This document shows positions 1 to 9,940 of a stretch of DNA of 64,000 nucleotides, one piece after another. A program made the translations under genes and the position numbers. Position 1 is the first letter of the stretch, and every line of letters starts with the position of its first letter. Origin of the DNA: a virus. Lineage: Duplodnaviria; Heunggongvirae; Uroviricota; Caudoviricetes. A model generated the notes under the pieces. The model did no database searches and was not told where the DNA came from. It saw only the letters and a list, made by a program, of their open reading frames with translations. The DNA lies in IMG/VR virus record IMGVR_UViG_3300009169_000014, positions 44,741-108,740 of that record; one strand, given 5' to 3'.

Positions 1-593
1 TACTGCTTCCGCGTCGGAGCTTTGTGTCCGCAGATGGTGCAGACGTCGTACTTGATGCGGCACCCCATCGAAACAGCGGGGTACTCACCGGAAGCAATCC
101 GTTCCGCCAGATCAGGGGCGAGCTCATTCCTGAGTCCCAGGAGCAACTCAACCCGATGCATCTGCGGATTCCAGAACGACTTGAGCACGTCGCCGCAAGC
201 CTTCAGCGGGTCTTTGTTCTGGTGGTGACGGTAAATCTTGCCGTGCTCTTCGAAAGACTTGTAGTGGTTCGGAAGGATCTCAGACTGCGTCACCCACGCA
301 CCATCGGTCTGACAGCAGCCGCAGGTTGGTTTGAACCCGGTCTTGAAGGGGAACTCGTTGAATCCATCGCCGTTCCGGTTGAGGTCGTACGTCTCGTACG
401 CCCCCAGGGCGAGAACGAGAACAACGCTCATCCCAGGCTTCGGCTCAACGGCTTTGATGTAGTCCGAGGCTTCACTGGCAGTCTTGGTGAACCGTTCACG
501 CAAGGGTCGACCATTCGCGCCCCAGAGGAGCACGGGCTGAACCGTCGCTTCGCCCGTGGCGAAGTGCGTGTCGAGCTCATAGACCTTACGCAA
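1..593 (-). CDS. Partial CDS (C-terminus runs off the left edge): Cys-rich hypothetical protein, possibly virion-associated
   Basis: The reverse complement of 1-600 gives a clean ORF that is not in the supplied track because it has no stop inside the window. It reads ...GANGRPLRERFTKTASEASDYIKAVEPKPGMSVVLVLALGAYETYDLNRNGDGFNEFPFKTGFKPTCGCCQTDG...AVSMGCRIKYDVCTICGHKAPTRKQ. This is protein-like, unlike the Arg-rich + strand ORF 24..749. The start is uncertain (TTG at 593 or an internal GTG/ATG). Confidence 0.5.
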   Translation of the reverse strand, partial: MRKVYELDTHFATGEATVQPVLLWGANGRPLRERFTKTASEASDYIKAVEPKPGMSVVLVLALGAYETYDLNRNGDGFNEFPFKTGFKPTCGCCQTDGAWVTQSEILPNHYKSFEEHGKIYRHHQNKDPLKACGDVLKSFWNPQMHRVELLLGLRNELAPDLAERIASGEYPAVSMGCRIKYDVCTICGHKAPTRKQ

Positions 594-975
594 AGAGACC
601 TCGCATCAGATTTACTGCATACTCTCGTCCCAGAAGCTGGACCTTGCGAGCGGCGTCGTACTCTTCCCCGGACAATTTCTCAAGCTGCGCGGAGAGAACG
701 CCATCAACGTACTCAGCGGTGGCGAGCTTTTGAACAAAGTCCGCCGTGACCTCAGGGGAAGCTGCGAGCTTCTCCCCAGTGATGCGGTGGCTGTCTCGCA
801 TCTTGAAGATCGCAGAGAGCACCGCACCGGCCTTCTTCACCGAAGAGTACATGTCGTCGCACGCCAGAGCGAGCGCTTGCTGCGCGTCAACGGACACCGA
901 CAGATCGTCCGAGCTCGCCAGCTTTTCGAGGCGCTCCAATGCCTGGAGTTTGAACCAGAAAGTCGGGTAGTGCAT
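586..975 (-). CDS. Hypothetical protein (129 aa)
   Basis: Minus-strand ORF with balanced, non-repetitive composition. It sits in the co-oriented leftward gene block. Confidence 0.5.
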   Translation of the reverse strand: MHYPTFWFKLQALERLEKLASSDDLSVSVDAQQALALACDDMYSSVKKAGAVLSAIFKMRDSHRITGEKLAASPEVTADFVQKLATAEYVDGVLSAQLEKLSGEEYDAARKVQLLGREYAVNLMRGLFA

Positions 976-976
976 G

Positions 977-1186
977 TCAGCCCTCGAGGTCTTTCAACGC
1001 CGCCAGCCCGGAGTCGATGGCCTTCCACTCAGCCAAGCGGGTCATCAGCTTTCCGCCGATGATTTCGGAAGCAGTCTTCCCGTTGATCTCTTCCACCCCG
1101 AACATCGCGGCAGCGACCTTGTTGAAACCAAAGCGCTGTACCGCGGCACGGAGCTCAGGCGAGATGAGCTTGTCGATGTCGTTCAT
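977..1186 (-). CDS. Small hypothetical protein (69 aa)
   Basis: Minus-strand ORF tightly packed between its neighbours, with start/stop overlap at 1186. Confidence 0.4.
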   Translation of the reverse strand: MNDIDKLISPELRAAVQRFGFNKVAAAMFGVEEINGKTASEIIGGKLMTRLAEWKAIDSGLAALKDLEG

Positions 1187-2037
1187 TAGCGTTTCCCTCC
1201 GCCAAACGTCGGCTTGGACTCTGAGATGGATTTCTCGGTATCCACCAGATTCTTGATCGTGGCGTAGTTTACCCCGGATCCGCCCATCACAGCTTCACGA
1301 AGGAACGACCGTGTGGCGTTGATGTCCAGCGACAGAGTCGGAGCGAACTTGGTCATCGTGCCGTACGACTCGAGCAGCATGTTCTTGCTCTCAGGATGCC
1401 GTGTGAGAGCGTCCTTGATGACAGGGTCCGTCTTGAACAGGTTCTCGAGAAGAGCCCGGCGCTTGGGGTCGCTGGACAGGATGTTCTTGAGGTTGCTCAA
1501 AGAACCGCCAACAGTTCCCGCCAAGAGAGCGACAAGGCTTCCCGCCGCTCCGGTGGCAAGACCCTTCAGCATCTCCTGGCCAAATGAAATTGGTGCGCTG
1601 CCCGCAGCGGCCGCTTTCTTCTCAAGGAAGGTGTCCAGGCTCGCTGTGATGACCCGAGTCGGGTCGCGGTATGCGTTCATGAGTTCATCCTGGTAGCGGT
1701 GCTGTGACTGCCCAAACGCCTTCGAAAGTATAGGCGCCAGCAGAGCTGTACCAATGGCCGCCCGCGGATGCTCCATTACGAGGTTGCTGATGCCGCCAAG
1801 AGCACGGCCACCTAGGGCGCTACCGCCAGAGAGAAGCTTCTCCGCGACATTGGCACCCCCGCGAAGAATCTTCTCGCCCCCTGCTGCGGCTGCGTGCGCT
1901 CCACGCTCCAGAGCGAGACCCCGGCGGATTGGTCCCTTCAGATCGGGATTCGCATCCGCAACAGCGTAGGGGTCCTGCCCGAACGAGGTCTTCTCGAACA
2001 GTGCCTCCACCTGCGCTTTGAACACGGGGTTCTTCAC
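1186..2037 (-). CDS. Hypothetical Gly/Ala-rich protein (283 aa), possibly virion-associated
   Basis: Minus-strand ORF in the structural-like block. The opposite-strand ORFs are Arg/Pro-rich shadows. Confidence 0.5.
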   Translation of the reverse strand: MKNPVFKAQVEALFEKTSFGQDPYAVADANPDLKGPIRRGLALERGAHAAAAGGEKILRGGANVAEKLLSGGSALGGRALGGISNLVMEHPRAAIGTALLAPILSKAFGQSQHRYQDELMNAYRDPTRVITASLDTFLEKKAAAAGSAPISFGQEMLKGLATGAAGSLVALLAGTVGGSLSNLKNILSSDPKRRALLENLFKTDPVIKDALTRHPESKNMLLESYGTMTKFAPTLSLDINATRSFLREAVMGGSGVNYATIKNLVDTEKSISESKPTFGGGKR

Positions 2038-2038
2038 G

Positions 2039-2851
2039 TTACCGCCCCAGAGCAGGCATGTTCTTGTCGACCCAGGCGAGGGCGCCAGTCATCTTCTCGT
2101 AGGTCTGCCGAGCGTCGTGTGCTTCCTTCAGCAGCTTGAGCTCAGGGGTCTCCTCAACCACCAGGCGCTCCTGCAGGAAGGCCACCTTCTCGAGAGCGGG
2201 ACGGGTATGCTTGACCCGGAGCTCCTCGTAGAGGAAAGCCATCTCAGGTGACGCATCAGCGCCGAGCTCGGCCCAGGCGCACTTCTCGAAGTCCACGAAT
2301 TTGGGTCCGTAGCCCGGCGCACGCTTGAACACCTTGGCAAGGGAAGCCAGCTTCTCTTCCCACTGAGCGCCTGCGGAAATCTTGGCGATGGTGAACTCCG
2401 ACGCCAGCTTGCGGAGGTTCATCACGACGATGTCCTCACGGGCGGGCTTCTCGGAGTATTCGGCGACCTTCTCCGCCTCGGGGACGGGGTCGAACTTCTT
2501 CCCCAGACGCTTCTCCCGCATCATGTCGGGAACTTCCCCGGCGAGCTTGTCGTTGTTGATGTTCGCCGTCTGCGGCGGTTCGCTGGCAGAGGACACCATG
2601 TTTCGGATGACCGCCTCAGGGTCGCCGGTGTCGAATTCAATCATCTTGTCTCCACCGTCCTTCCTCTTGAACAGTTCCTGGAACGTCGCCACATTCGCCA
2701 GGCGCACGAGGGTCCGGATTTCCTCCGGGTTGAGCTTGTTCTCCGTGGCAAACTTCTCTGAGAGCTCATTCAAGCTCTTCTTGCTTACGAGGTGCTGCTC
2801 CGCAAGCTCTTGGGCGTACTTGATGTACTCACTCTCGTTCCAACGTGCCAT
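2039..2851 (-). CDS. Hypothetical charged/helical protein (270 aa)
   Basis: Minus-strand ORF. The K/E-rich composition resembles a scaffold or assembly-type protein. No motif was recognised. Confidence 0.5.
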   Translation of the reverse strand: MARWNESEYIKYAQELAEQHLVSKKSLNELSEKFATENKLNPEEIRTLVRLANVATFQELFKRKDGGDKMIEFDTGDPEAVIRNMVSSASEPPQTANINNDKLAGEVPDMMREKRLGKKFDPVPEAEKVAEYSEKPAREDIVVMNLRKLASEFTIAKISAGAQWEEKLASLAKVFKRAPGYGPKFVDFEKCAWAELGADASPEMAFLYEELRVKHTRPALEKVAFLQERLVVEETPELKLLKEAHDARQTYEKMTGALAWVDKNMPALGR

Positions 2852-2860
2852 GGCTATATC

Positions 2861-3556
2861 CTAGTGAAGAATGTCTGCGAGTGGCACCGGAGATTTCTCC
2901 ACCGGGGTTGTCTCATCGACGCCCTCAAGCGCGATGCGAAGTTCTTCATAGGCCTGCTTCGTAGCCTGAGGGTCCATCTTCTCCAGGATCTCAGCATTAC
3001 GGATAGCCGTCGCCCACCACTTCTGAGCTTCCTTGGCCACACCACTCGTAAGGCTGTTGCCTTTGTGCGACATGCCCCGGAAAAACGAGTCGATCATGGT
3101 GTGGCGTACAATGGCACGCGTATCAACGGAGTCCTTCCCGCCGTAGGTCCAAAGCAAGTAGTCCGCGCCCACCATGACGCCGGTCTTTAGCAGTTCCGCT
3201 GCGTAGGCGTCACCATCGTAATTCGAGGCGTAGGAGATCTTCTCCAAGCGATTCCGGAACGTGGAAGTGTCGAAGAAGAAGTACTCGTACATCAGCAGAA
3301 CGGACTCCGGGATATCGAGAACCTTTGCCACCGTAGCGCGTTCAGCCCCGGCCAAGATGAAAGCATCCAGTACGGCCCGGTGCTGGAGATCCAGATAGAG
3401 GTCGTAGGCGTAGGACACGCCAGCGTTGGGCTGGCCGGTACGTGTGATGAGCCCGTGCAACGCCAACTCCAACTCCTCCGGGGGAGGCGGAGCAGACGTC
3501 TTGACGGTCGCGAGAACAGCCTCGAACCGGTGCCGTGGCGAAACGGATTTCATCAC
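2861..3556 (-). CDS. Hypothetical protein (231 aa)
   Basis: Minus-strand ORF. Its start overlaps the stop of the 884-aa gene at 3556. Confidence 0.5.
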   Translation of the reverse strand: MMKSVSPRHRFEAVLATVKTSAPPPPEELELALHGLITRTGQPNAGVSYAYDLYLDLQHRAVLDAFILAGAERATVAKVLDIPESVLLMYEYFFFDTSTFRNRLEKISYASNYDGDAYAAELLKTGVMVGADYLLWTYGGKDSVDTRAIVRHTMIDSFFRGMSHKGNSLTSGVAKEAQKWWATAIRNAEILEKMDPQATKQAYEELRIALEGVDETTPVEKSPVPLADILH

Positions 3557-6210
3557 TACCCTTGGTAGGCGCTCGTGTCATTCTGGTCCCGGAGGATCAG
3601 AGTGTTTTGGTTGATCTTCAGAATCAGGTCACCCATACCACGGAAGGTCGAGCGAAGGTTGTCCTCGAGCGAAATGTACGCATCATCACCGATGTCACCC
3701 TTGATGCGAACCTCGTCCATCCAGAGGGTGAGCAGCACGCGGCCAAGGTTATCGAGTGACTTCTCGAGGTTCGGCAGATAACCCGCGACCATCTCCTTGA
3801 GTGATGGCGTCTGCGCCATCGACGACAGCGCCGCCGCGTCGAAAGTGCCTGCGTCGTTAAGCTGTCCCGCCTGCTCGATGAACTGCGGGTTCACCTGCTG
3901 CTGCATGGTGTCAACGGACCCGTCGTCCGACGCCATCATTGCCTGAGGCGGTTGCTGCTGCGCCTGAGCGTTGGGGTCCTGCCCCTGCTGAGCGGCGGCG
4001 TTCGGGTCCATTCCCGGCTGCGCTTGCTGCATCTGGGCGTTGGGATCCATGCCCGGCTGCGGCTGCCCCTGCGCCATCTGGGCGTTGGGATCCATGCCCG
4101 GCTGCGGCTGGCCGCCCATCCCTTGCACCGGAGCACCCGCCCCCATCATCGACGGGTCCATGGGACCGCCCATTGCGGCAGCCGCGGCAGCCGGAGCAGC
4201 GCCGGCTCCGCCGCCACTGGCGATCATGCTTGCCCGCTGCTGGATGGTCTGCACCATCTGCTGCATCTGCGTCAGCGCCTGCATCTGGCTCTGGATGCTC
4301 TGCATCTGCTCGGCGACCGCCATGTCGACGGGCGACGGACCTTGCGGCTGCTGCATCTGCGCCTGCTGCATTTGCATCATCGCCTGCTCGGCGGGATCCG
4401 GCTGCTCGGGCTGTTTCTCGGCGGCGACACTAAGCCGCGCCGCCACCTTCTCAAGCCCTGCGGGCTCGATGATCCAGAAGGAGTAGGCCCCCTGCTCCGC
4501 AGCCGTCTTCAGCGCGAACTCTGCGTCCTCGATGGTGATGACGGCTTCGGTGGCCAGCTTGCGCAGAGCCGAAACGAAGTTCGGCGTGTACTCGCCGCCG
4601 ACGTTGAAGCCGTTCTCCCCGGTGTACTTCGACACCTTCACCTTCTCGGCGCCCTCAGACAACATGGCGTCGGTGGTCCAGTTGAAGATGTCCTTCGGAG
4701 TGGTCAGGAAGTCCTTCTTGGTGAGCTCGTTCTTGGCCGGGAACCATACGAAGTTGCTCGGCATGTAGACTACGTCGCTGTTCGACGGAACCATCAGCTT
4801 GCTGCCGGGATGCTGCGCATCCGTTACCAAGGTCTTCTTGCCCCAGGCGCCCACCACCTCAATACGTCGACCCCCTTCGAAATCAGAGGTGATCGATTCG
4901 ATGGTGACAGGCGCTGTCGCGATGAAAGAAGCGCCGCGGCGCTGAACGAAGATACCCCTCTGGCCTTTGCGAGGGCCAGCAGCCGACGCCTCGCCAACGG
5001 TCTTCTTGAAGACCTCGGACCCTTCGAGTTGGCTCATCGCCACCTCTGTACCCAAGAGGTCAGTTGAGTCGATCAGGTCCCCGTCCTCGGTGACGCCGAC
5101 GTAGCGGTCGATGTGAAACTCATCTCGGCGACCGGTTTCACCAGGCACGCGGTAACGCTGGTTGTACCCGTCCAACTCGTTAGCGGGACCCGCCGACTGA
5201 TTGATGAATCGGATGTTCCGCGCCGGGATCCGCTTACCGGAGGGATCGCCAAACATGTTGATCGGATTTGCGATGACCAGCGCCACGACGGGCTTGCCAT
5301 CCTTCTTCCAGAGCTTGTAGGCCCCGGCGTTCTTGGGCTCCTTCAGGTCCAGGTACGGCTGAACCGCCAGGGCACGGTTGACCTTTTTACGGTCGTCCTT
5401 GGCGTAGTAGCCCTTCACCTTCACGCCCTGGAACGCCGCGGGAGACTGCGAGCCGAAGATGTCCTTGAACTCCGTCGAGGTAGTCTTGTCGTCGGCGACG
5501 TAAAGCGCGCCACCGTGGTTCTTGATGCCTCCGCCGTAGTCGGCGAGCTTCAGCGCGTCGACGAGCGGCTTCTCGCCGTAGAACCACACCGCCTGCTTCA
5601 GCATGGTGGGGCGTGTCTCCAGCATCTTCGCCGCTGCCTTCTTGATACGGTTCGGAGCCTTCGAGAGAAAGTCGAGGAACGCGAGCTTGGGCTCCGTTTG
5701 GCTGCGCGCTTCGTCGAAGACGCGTCCGGCCTGCTTAACGGCGCTCGACGTGTCTGAAGCGTAGCTGTACCGGCCCGTGGTGGGCGGCACGACCGTGTTT
5801 CGAATGTCGACGTCCGTCGGCATGGTCTTGGGCGGCGTGACGCCTTTCCCCATTTCTCCGAGAGACTGCTTGTCGAGCTCCTCGAGCCACTCCTTGCTCA
5901 AGGGCATGAAGGCGTTCAGATCCTTGAAGTAGAGAATGTCGAGCGGCTTGATTTGGTTGTCCGCCATCACGACCGGGACGTAGAGCGTCTGTCCGCGTCG
6001 GATGATGACGAAGGCGCCAACACCAGAACCCTCTTCGTGGTCTGTCTCCAGAACCTTGAAGGTGACGACGTCCGGCGCCACGTTGGGCAGCTTGCTCAGC
6101 AGAACATTGTAGGCCATCTGCGAGAGGCCCTGGTCGAACATGGCTTTCGCCTGATCGCTGGTCCCACCCATCTGTCCCATCGCTTGCGTCCGAGGCGAAA
6201 TTGCGGGCAT
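3556..6210 (-). CDS. Large virion-type protein (884 aa) with Q/P/M-rich low-complexity segment and triple coding tandem repeat
   Basis: Long minus-strand ORF with a globular N-terminal 600 aa. This is followed by QMQQ-rich low complexity and three copies of PQPGMDPNAQM(A/Q)QGQ, encoded by a direct nucleotide repeat at about 3960-4110. No enzymatic motif was seen. Confidence 0.6.
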   Translation of the reverse strand: MPAISPRTQAMGQMGGTSDQAKAMFDQGLSQMAYNVLLSKLPNVAPDVVTFKVLETDHEEGSGVGAFVIIRRGQTLYVPVVMADNQIKPLDILYFKDLNAFMPLSKEWLEELDKQSLGEMGKGVTPPKTMPTDVDIRNTVVPPTTGRYSYASDTSSAVKQAGRVFDEARSQTEPKLAFLDFLSKAPNRIKKAAAKMLETRPTMLKQAVWFYGEKPLVDALKLADYGGGIKNHGGALYVADDKTTSTEFKDIFGSQSPAAFQGVKVKGYYAKDDRKKVNRALAVQPYLDLKEPKNAGAYKLWKKDGKPVVALVIANPINMFGDPSGKRIPARNIRFINQSAGPANELDGYNQRYRVPGETGRRDEFHIDRYVGVTEDGDLIDSTDLLGTEVAMSQLEGSEVFKKTVGEASAAGPRKGQRGIFVQRRGASFIATAPVTIESITSDFEGGRRIEVVGAWGKKTLVTDAQHPGSKLMVPSNSDVVYMPSNFVWFPAKNELTKKDFLTTPKDIFNWTTDAMLSEGAEKVKVSKYTGENGFNVGGEYTPNFVSALRKLATEAVITIEDAEFALKTAAEQGAYSFWIIEPAGLEKVAARLSVAAEKQPEQPDPAEQAMMQMQQAQMQQPQGPSPVDMAVAEQMQSIQSQMQALTQMQQMVQTIQQRASMIASGGGAGAAPAAAAAAMGGPMDPSMMGAGAPVQGMGGQPQPGMDPNAQMAQGQPQPGMDPNAQMQQAQPGMDPNAAAQQGQDPNAQAQQQPPQAMMASDDGSVDTMQQQVNPQFIEQAGQLNDAGTFDAAALSSMAQTPSLKEMVAGYLPNLEKSLDNLGRVLLTLWMDEVRIKGDIGDDAYISLEDNLRSTFRGMGDLILKINQNTLILRDQNDTSAYQG

Positions 6211-6318
6211 GTAATTCTCCTACCGCGTGCGGTATACCACGTAAAGCGAAACGGCCGTCAGGTCCAAGTATAGGACCCAACGGCCGTTTTTGGGCCCTCT
6301 CGTTGGGGAGCCGAGGCC

Positions 6319-7677
6319 TTAGCTCGCCGAGGCTGAAGACGACGCGGCGATTTCACGGATCCGGCCGAGGAGAGCACTCTCCTTCTTCTGCTCGCCTCCA
6401 ACTTCGTCCTTGTGCTCCGGATCCTTCTTGTACTTGTCGTGCTTCGAGGCCTTCGACTCATCCGCGCCCGCGGTCTTGTGCAGGCCCGTCAAGTACTCCT
6501 GGCGCCCGTCGTGATCGAAGCCGATCATCCGGGTGATGTGTGCGACCTTCTCGTCGTCGCTCATCTTGGGAAGATACGGCCCCACGTCTTCCGCGGTCTT
6601 CTTGAAAAGAACCAGAAAGGCATCCTCTTCAGAGGTCTTCGACGCCTGGATAACCGAGTTGGTGCCCGAGGGGCTGTTCTTCGGCCCGTTGGGATGCGGC
6701 TCCTCGTGGCCGATGCGGTGGGTCTGCGGCTCAGAGAAGTTCGCGTTGCCCATGCCGACCAGGTACTTCCCCTGAGGACGGTTCTTGTTGTCCAGCTGCG
6801 CGAGGGTGTCGACCTTCGCAGCGTCGGTGAGCTTGTTCTTGTCCGTGCCGTCGTGCAGGCCGACCAGCTTGTTGGCGATCTTCTTCAGTTGCTCATCCAG
6901 GCCCGCGGCTTTGGACGCATCGCTGCTCACCGAATTAGTGCCCGACGGAGAGTTCGCGGGACCGCTGGGGTGATTGCTCAGGTCACCCAGGTGACCCTTC
7001 ATGGTCTCGAGCTCAGTCTTGCCGACACCGTGGTGGTACGCACCCTCGGGGCGCTGCTTCTTGTCGAGCGCGGCGACCTCGCCGTGCGTCGCAGCCTGCG
7101 ACGCGTCGTTGCCCTTGTCGCCGCCCTGAATCAGCGCGCCGCCTGCAGCGGCCTTCACCTCGTAGGCCGCTTTCTCCATGCACTCGACCGCGATGGCCTG
7201 TGCCAGCGACTCGTAGTCCGCCTCGGCGGCGGTCTTGGTCAGATCCATGGCAGCCTTGGCCGCCTCGGGCGACGGGGGCGGACCCTCGGGAGCCGCGCCC
7301 TCGTGTTCCATGCCCGGCGGCATTCCACCAGCGCCGGGAGCGGATGCGCCTGCCTGCTCCATCAGAGCGTGCGCGATCTCCATGAGCTTGTTCGCCACGG
7401 CGGCGAGCTCCTCAGGGGAGTGGCCGCCCTCGGGCGACATCTCCGGCATTCCTCCGGCCGCGGGAGAATCGGCGACTGCGTCAGCCGCTTCGTCCATCGC
7501 TTCCTTGGTCGGGAACGCGACAACACCCCGGCGAACGAGTTCGTGTGCTACTCCACGTGCTGCGGCGCGCTTGAAAAGGCCCATGAAAGTTTGCTCCTTC
7601 TTACGTTGGCCGGAGTGTAGGCCAGGGGTTGTGGTTTTACAATTGAGAATGTCGGCCAGCGCCGGTACCCCCAACAT
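6319..7677 (-). CDS. Hypothetical protein (452 aa) with internal duplicated HP(S/N)GP(A/K)NSPSGTNSV module
   Basis: Minus-strand ORF. Two copies of a roughly 35-aa module are present (…HPSGPANSPSGTNSVSSDASKAAG… and …HPNGPKNSPSGTNSVIQASKTSEED…). It also has a Gly/Pro/Ala-rich middle section. Confidence 0.5.
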   Translation of the reverse strand: MLGVPALADILNCKTTTPGLHSGQRKKEQTFMGLFKRAAARGVAHELVRRGVVAFPTKEAMDEAADAVADSPAAGGMPEMSPEGGHSPEELAAVANKLMEIAHALMEQAGASAPGAGGMPPGMEHEGAAPEGPPPSPEAAKAAMDLTKTAAEADYESLAQAIAVECMEKAAYEVKAAAGGALIQGGDKGNDASQAATHGEVAALDKKQRPEGAYHHGVGKTELETMKGHLGDLSNHPSGPANSPSGTNSVSSDASKAAGLDEQLKKIANKLVGLHDGTDKNKLTDAAKVDTLAQLDNKNRPQGKYLVGMGNANFSEPQTHRIGHEEPHPNGPKNSPSGTNSVIQASKTSEEDAFLVLFKKTAEDVGPYLPKMSDDEKVAHITRMIGFDHDGRQEYLTGLHKTAGADESKASKHDKYKKDPEHKDEVGGEQKKESALLGRIREIAASSSASAS

Positions 7678-7685
7678 AGGAAAAG

Positions 7686-8135
7686 TCAGCCATCATGCAC
7701 AACATCAGAACTACGTGGAGAATCAAACGCCTTTCCAACGGCGTGTCCTACTGGCGCCAAGAACATACCGCCTCCGATTTGTCCGAAGGCTCCTAGCGGA
7801 GTTCCTAGCAAAGCTCCAGTCGTGCGCCCAAGGAAATCTCCCGTGAGCTCGCCGGCCCCAATGTCCGGATTCGCTCGAGACGCCAAGAGTGCCCCCATCA
7901 GGGGCCACGCCAAGGTAGCCGCGAGCTGCCCCGGTGACTTCGGGAGAACCTGTCCTAGAAGTCCTTTGCGCGGATGAAAGAGCTGTCCCTTCTGAAACTG
8001 CTGCCAAGCTTTCTCTGGCTGCCCGATCCCCTGGCGCTTGACCTCTTCGAGGTAGTCATCCCAACTTCCAGCGACCTTCACCCCAAAGGCGGAGAGAGCG
8101 GCACGGGCACCCGCAGTTTGTGACAGACCCCGCAT
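7686..8135 (-). CDS. Hypothetical protein (149 aa)
   Basis: Minus-strand ORF immediately upstream in coordinates of the beta-prime C-terminal gene. Its start overlaps at 8135. Confidence 0.45.
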   Translation of the reverse strand: MRGLSQTAGARAALSAFGVKVAGSWDDYLEEVKRQGIGQPEKAWQQFQKGQLFHPRKGLLGQVLPKSPGQLAATLAWPLMGALLASRANPDIGAGELTGDFLGRTTGALLGTPLGAFGQIGGGMFLAPVGHAVGKAFDSPRSSDVVHDG

Positions 8136-9934
8136 TAGTATTTGCCTTCCGGTCCCATCCCGAATTCAGAACCGTAAGCGTAGGCCGGTACCGGGTGAGT
8201 GCTATGGCGATCTGACACTGCGCCGGTACGAGCTCCCTGAAGAAGACTGTCCTTCAAGAAGCGATGAGCCAGACGGGCCATCCAGTCCGGGTGGAGCAGC
8301 GGGTTTCGCGCCATCGGCCGCATCATGAACTCGACGCGCGGAAGTGAAGAGGCCACACCAACACTGGTGACCCCGTGGGTCTTGAGGGTGTTGAGGATCG
8401 AAGGAGTAAGAGGCGTACCCGCGGTGTAGTGGAGGACCTCTTTACCCAGTACGCCGCCCACGGCGTGAGCGAGTAGCGTATCCCGACTGCCCTTCTCCGC
8501 GGCGTTCCGATACGCCTCGTAGGGGACTACTTCTCCTTTGAGGAGCTCCGGATGCTCATCTGTGTGCTCGAGAACTTTGACGTGGTTGAGGTCTGCGCGG
8601 GCGACCAATTCAAAGTGCCGCTTGTCGACGTTGACGCCTTCCCGCCCATAGATGTCATGAAGTGCGTCCACGAGGTACTGTCGTCCAACGCCAAAACCTT
8701 TGTGGTGGATGAGCTCATCTGGTTTGGGGATTCCTTCTGAGAGTACATCACCAGCTTCCACTTTCTGATGGACACGCACAAGCGGCTTCAAATTCGGCCC
8801 AACGTAGTGCTGTACCTCATTGACGTAGATATGCGTACCGCCATGGGGCGCGGGTACGATCTTCGTAACGACCCCGGTACGCTCTGCCAGCGCCGCCTTA
8901 TTGATGAAGTTCTGCGGCACCTCGAGAAGCTGCCGAACCCCCGGCATTCCAGTGAGCTGAGAAGAAGACCCCTTGATGCTCTTCCCGCCGTGCTTGGCGC
9001 TCAACGCCATCTGGGTCAAAGGCTCAGAGATCGACTGCGCGGCACGGACACCGACATTGATGCCGATTGCGTGCGGACGTCCTCGCTCATCAAGACCTTG
9101 ACACTTGCGGCAGAGGCCTGGCGTGGCCTTACACGTCATCGGCGAGCGGACATAGACCGTCTTCACTTTGTTGCGGAGGCCCGACGCAACTGCCTTCGTC
9201 ACCAAGTCGTTCCGGCGGTAACCCGCCTGATCTCTGGAGAGGTACCTATCAATGATGTTCCCATCAGTGCTGGCGAGCGCTATACCGTTCGGTGTTCCAC
9301 AGTCGTCGGCGGTAACGACCATTGGATACATCGAGTTTGTCATGATCTTGAGCATGTCGCCAGGCTCAGAGATAGAGATGGCCGCCTGCACGGTGTTGTG
9401 CCGCACATCGTTTCCAGCGGCCCAGTAGTCCGCGGAGTGGAGCCCCTCTGAATAGGAGCGGTCAACTATCCAGGGCATCGCCCGCCCTTGGCTAGACGTC
9501 ACTGTGACCGGAGAGGATACGGTCTTGGCCAGCTGCTCCATGTTGCCGCGAGCTCCTGACATCGCCATCGCGGTCATCGTGCCTGGGTGCAGCTTGGTCT
9601 GCGCCAGCATCTTCACTTTTGCGTCGAGAAGAACCTTCTCCTTTGCCGCTGAAGTAGTGGCACTTTTCAGAGCCGCGGTCGTCGCCGTGATGAGCGCATT
9701 ACGCTCTTTGTACTGCGGCGTGATGTCATCGATGCCGACGGAGACCCCTTCGAGCGTGGAGATGTCATCCCCGAGACGCTTCAGGCTGCTGACGATCTCA
9801 ACGTAGGCAGAAGGGTCCTCTCGAGCGAGGTCCAGCAGCTTCTGCGTGAGCTCTTTCTTCCCCAGCGCCCCCGTCGTGTGGAGATGCTTGGGCAGCAGGT
9901 CGTTGACCAGGTATTTCCCAAGCGTCTGCGCCAT
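8135..9934 (-). CDS. DNA-directed RNA polymerase beta-prime subunit, C-terminal portion (regions F-H: bridge helix and trigger loop)
   Basis: Matches to conserved beta-prime blocks: MAMSGARGNMEQL (SGARGS..QirQL block); TADDCGTPNGI (DDCGT block); CRKCQGLDERGRPHAIGINVGVRAAQSISEPLTQMALSAKHGGKS (CxxCYG…[25 protein letters not shown] block). Confidence 0.8.
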   Translation of the reverse strand: MAQTLGKYLVNDLLPKHLHTTGALGKKELTQKLLDLAREDPSAYVEIVSSLKRLGDDISTLEGVSVGIDDITPQYKERNALITATTAALKSATTSAAKEKVLLDAKVKMLAQTKLHPGTMTAMAMSGARGNMEQLAKTVSSPVTVTSSQGRAMPWIVDRSYSEGLHSADYWAAGNDVRHNTVQAAISISEPGDMLKIMTNSMYPMVVTADDCGTPNGIALASTDGNIIDRYLSRDQAGYRRNDLVTKAVASGLRNKVKTVYVRSPMTCKATPGLCRKCQGLDERGRPHAIGINVGVRAAQSISEPLTQMALSAKHGGKSIKGSSSQLTGMPGVRQLLEVPQNFINKAALAERTGVVTKIVPAPHGGTHIYVNEVQHYVGPNLKPLVRVHQKVEAGDVLSEGIPKPDELIHHKGFGVGRQYLVDALHDIYGREGVNVDKRHFELVARADLNHVKVLEHTDEHPELLKGEVVPYEAYRNAAEKGSRDTLLAHAVGGVLGKEVLHYTAGTPLTPSILNTLKTHGVTSVGVASSLPRVEFMMRPMARNPLLHPDWMARLAHRFLKDSLLQGARTGAVSDRHSTHPVPAYAYGSEFGMGPEGKY

Positions 9935-9940
9935 GGAGCC

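Noticed and set aside
24-749. Plus-strand 241-aa ORF at the left edge
   Set aside because: Arg/Leu/Pro-rich low-complexity translation typical of an antisense frame in high-GC DNA. The opposite strand gives clean protein-like ORFs (partial gene 1..593 and 586..975).
3939-5067. Plus-strand ORFs of 164-371 aa inside the 884-aa gene
   Set aside because: Arg/His/Leu-rich shadow frames that mirror the coding tandem repeat on the opposite strand.
6412-7620. Plus-strand 402-aa ORF
   Set aside because: Antisense shadow of the 452-aa minus-strand gene. Leu/Arg/Val-rich without motifs.
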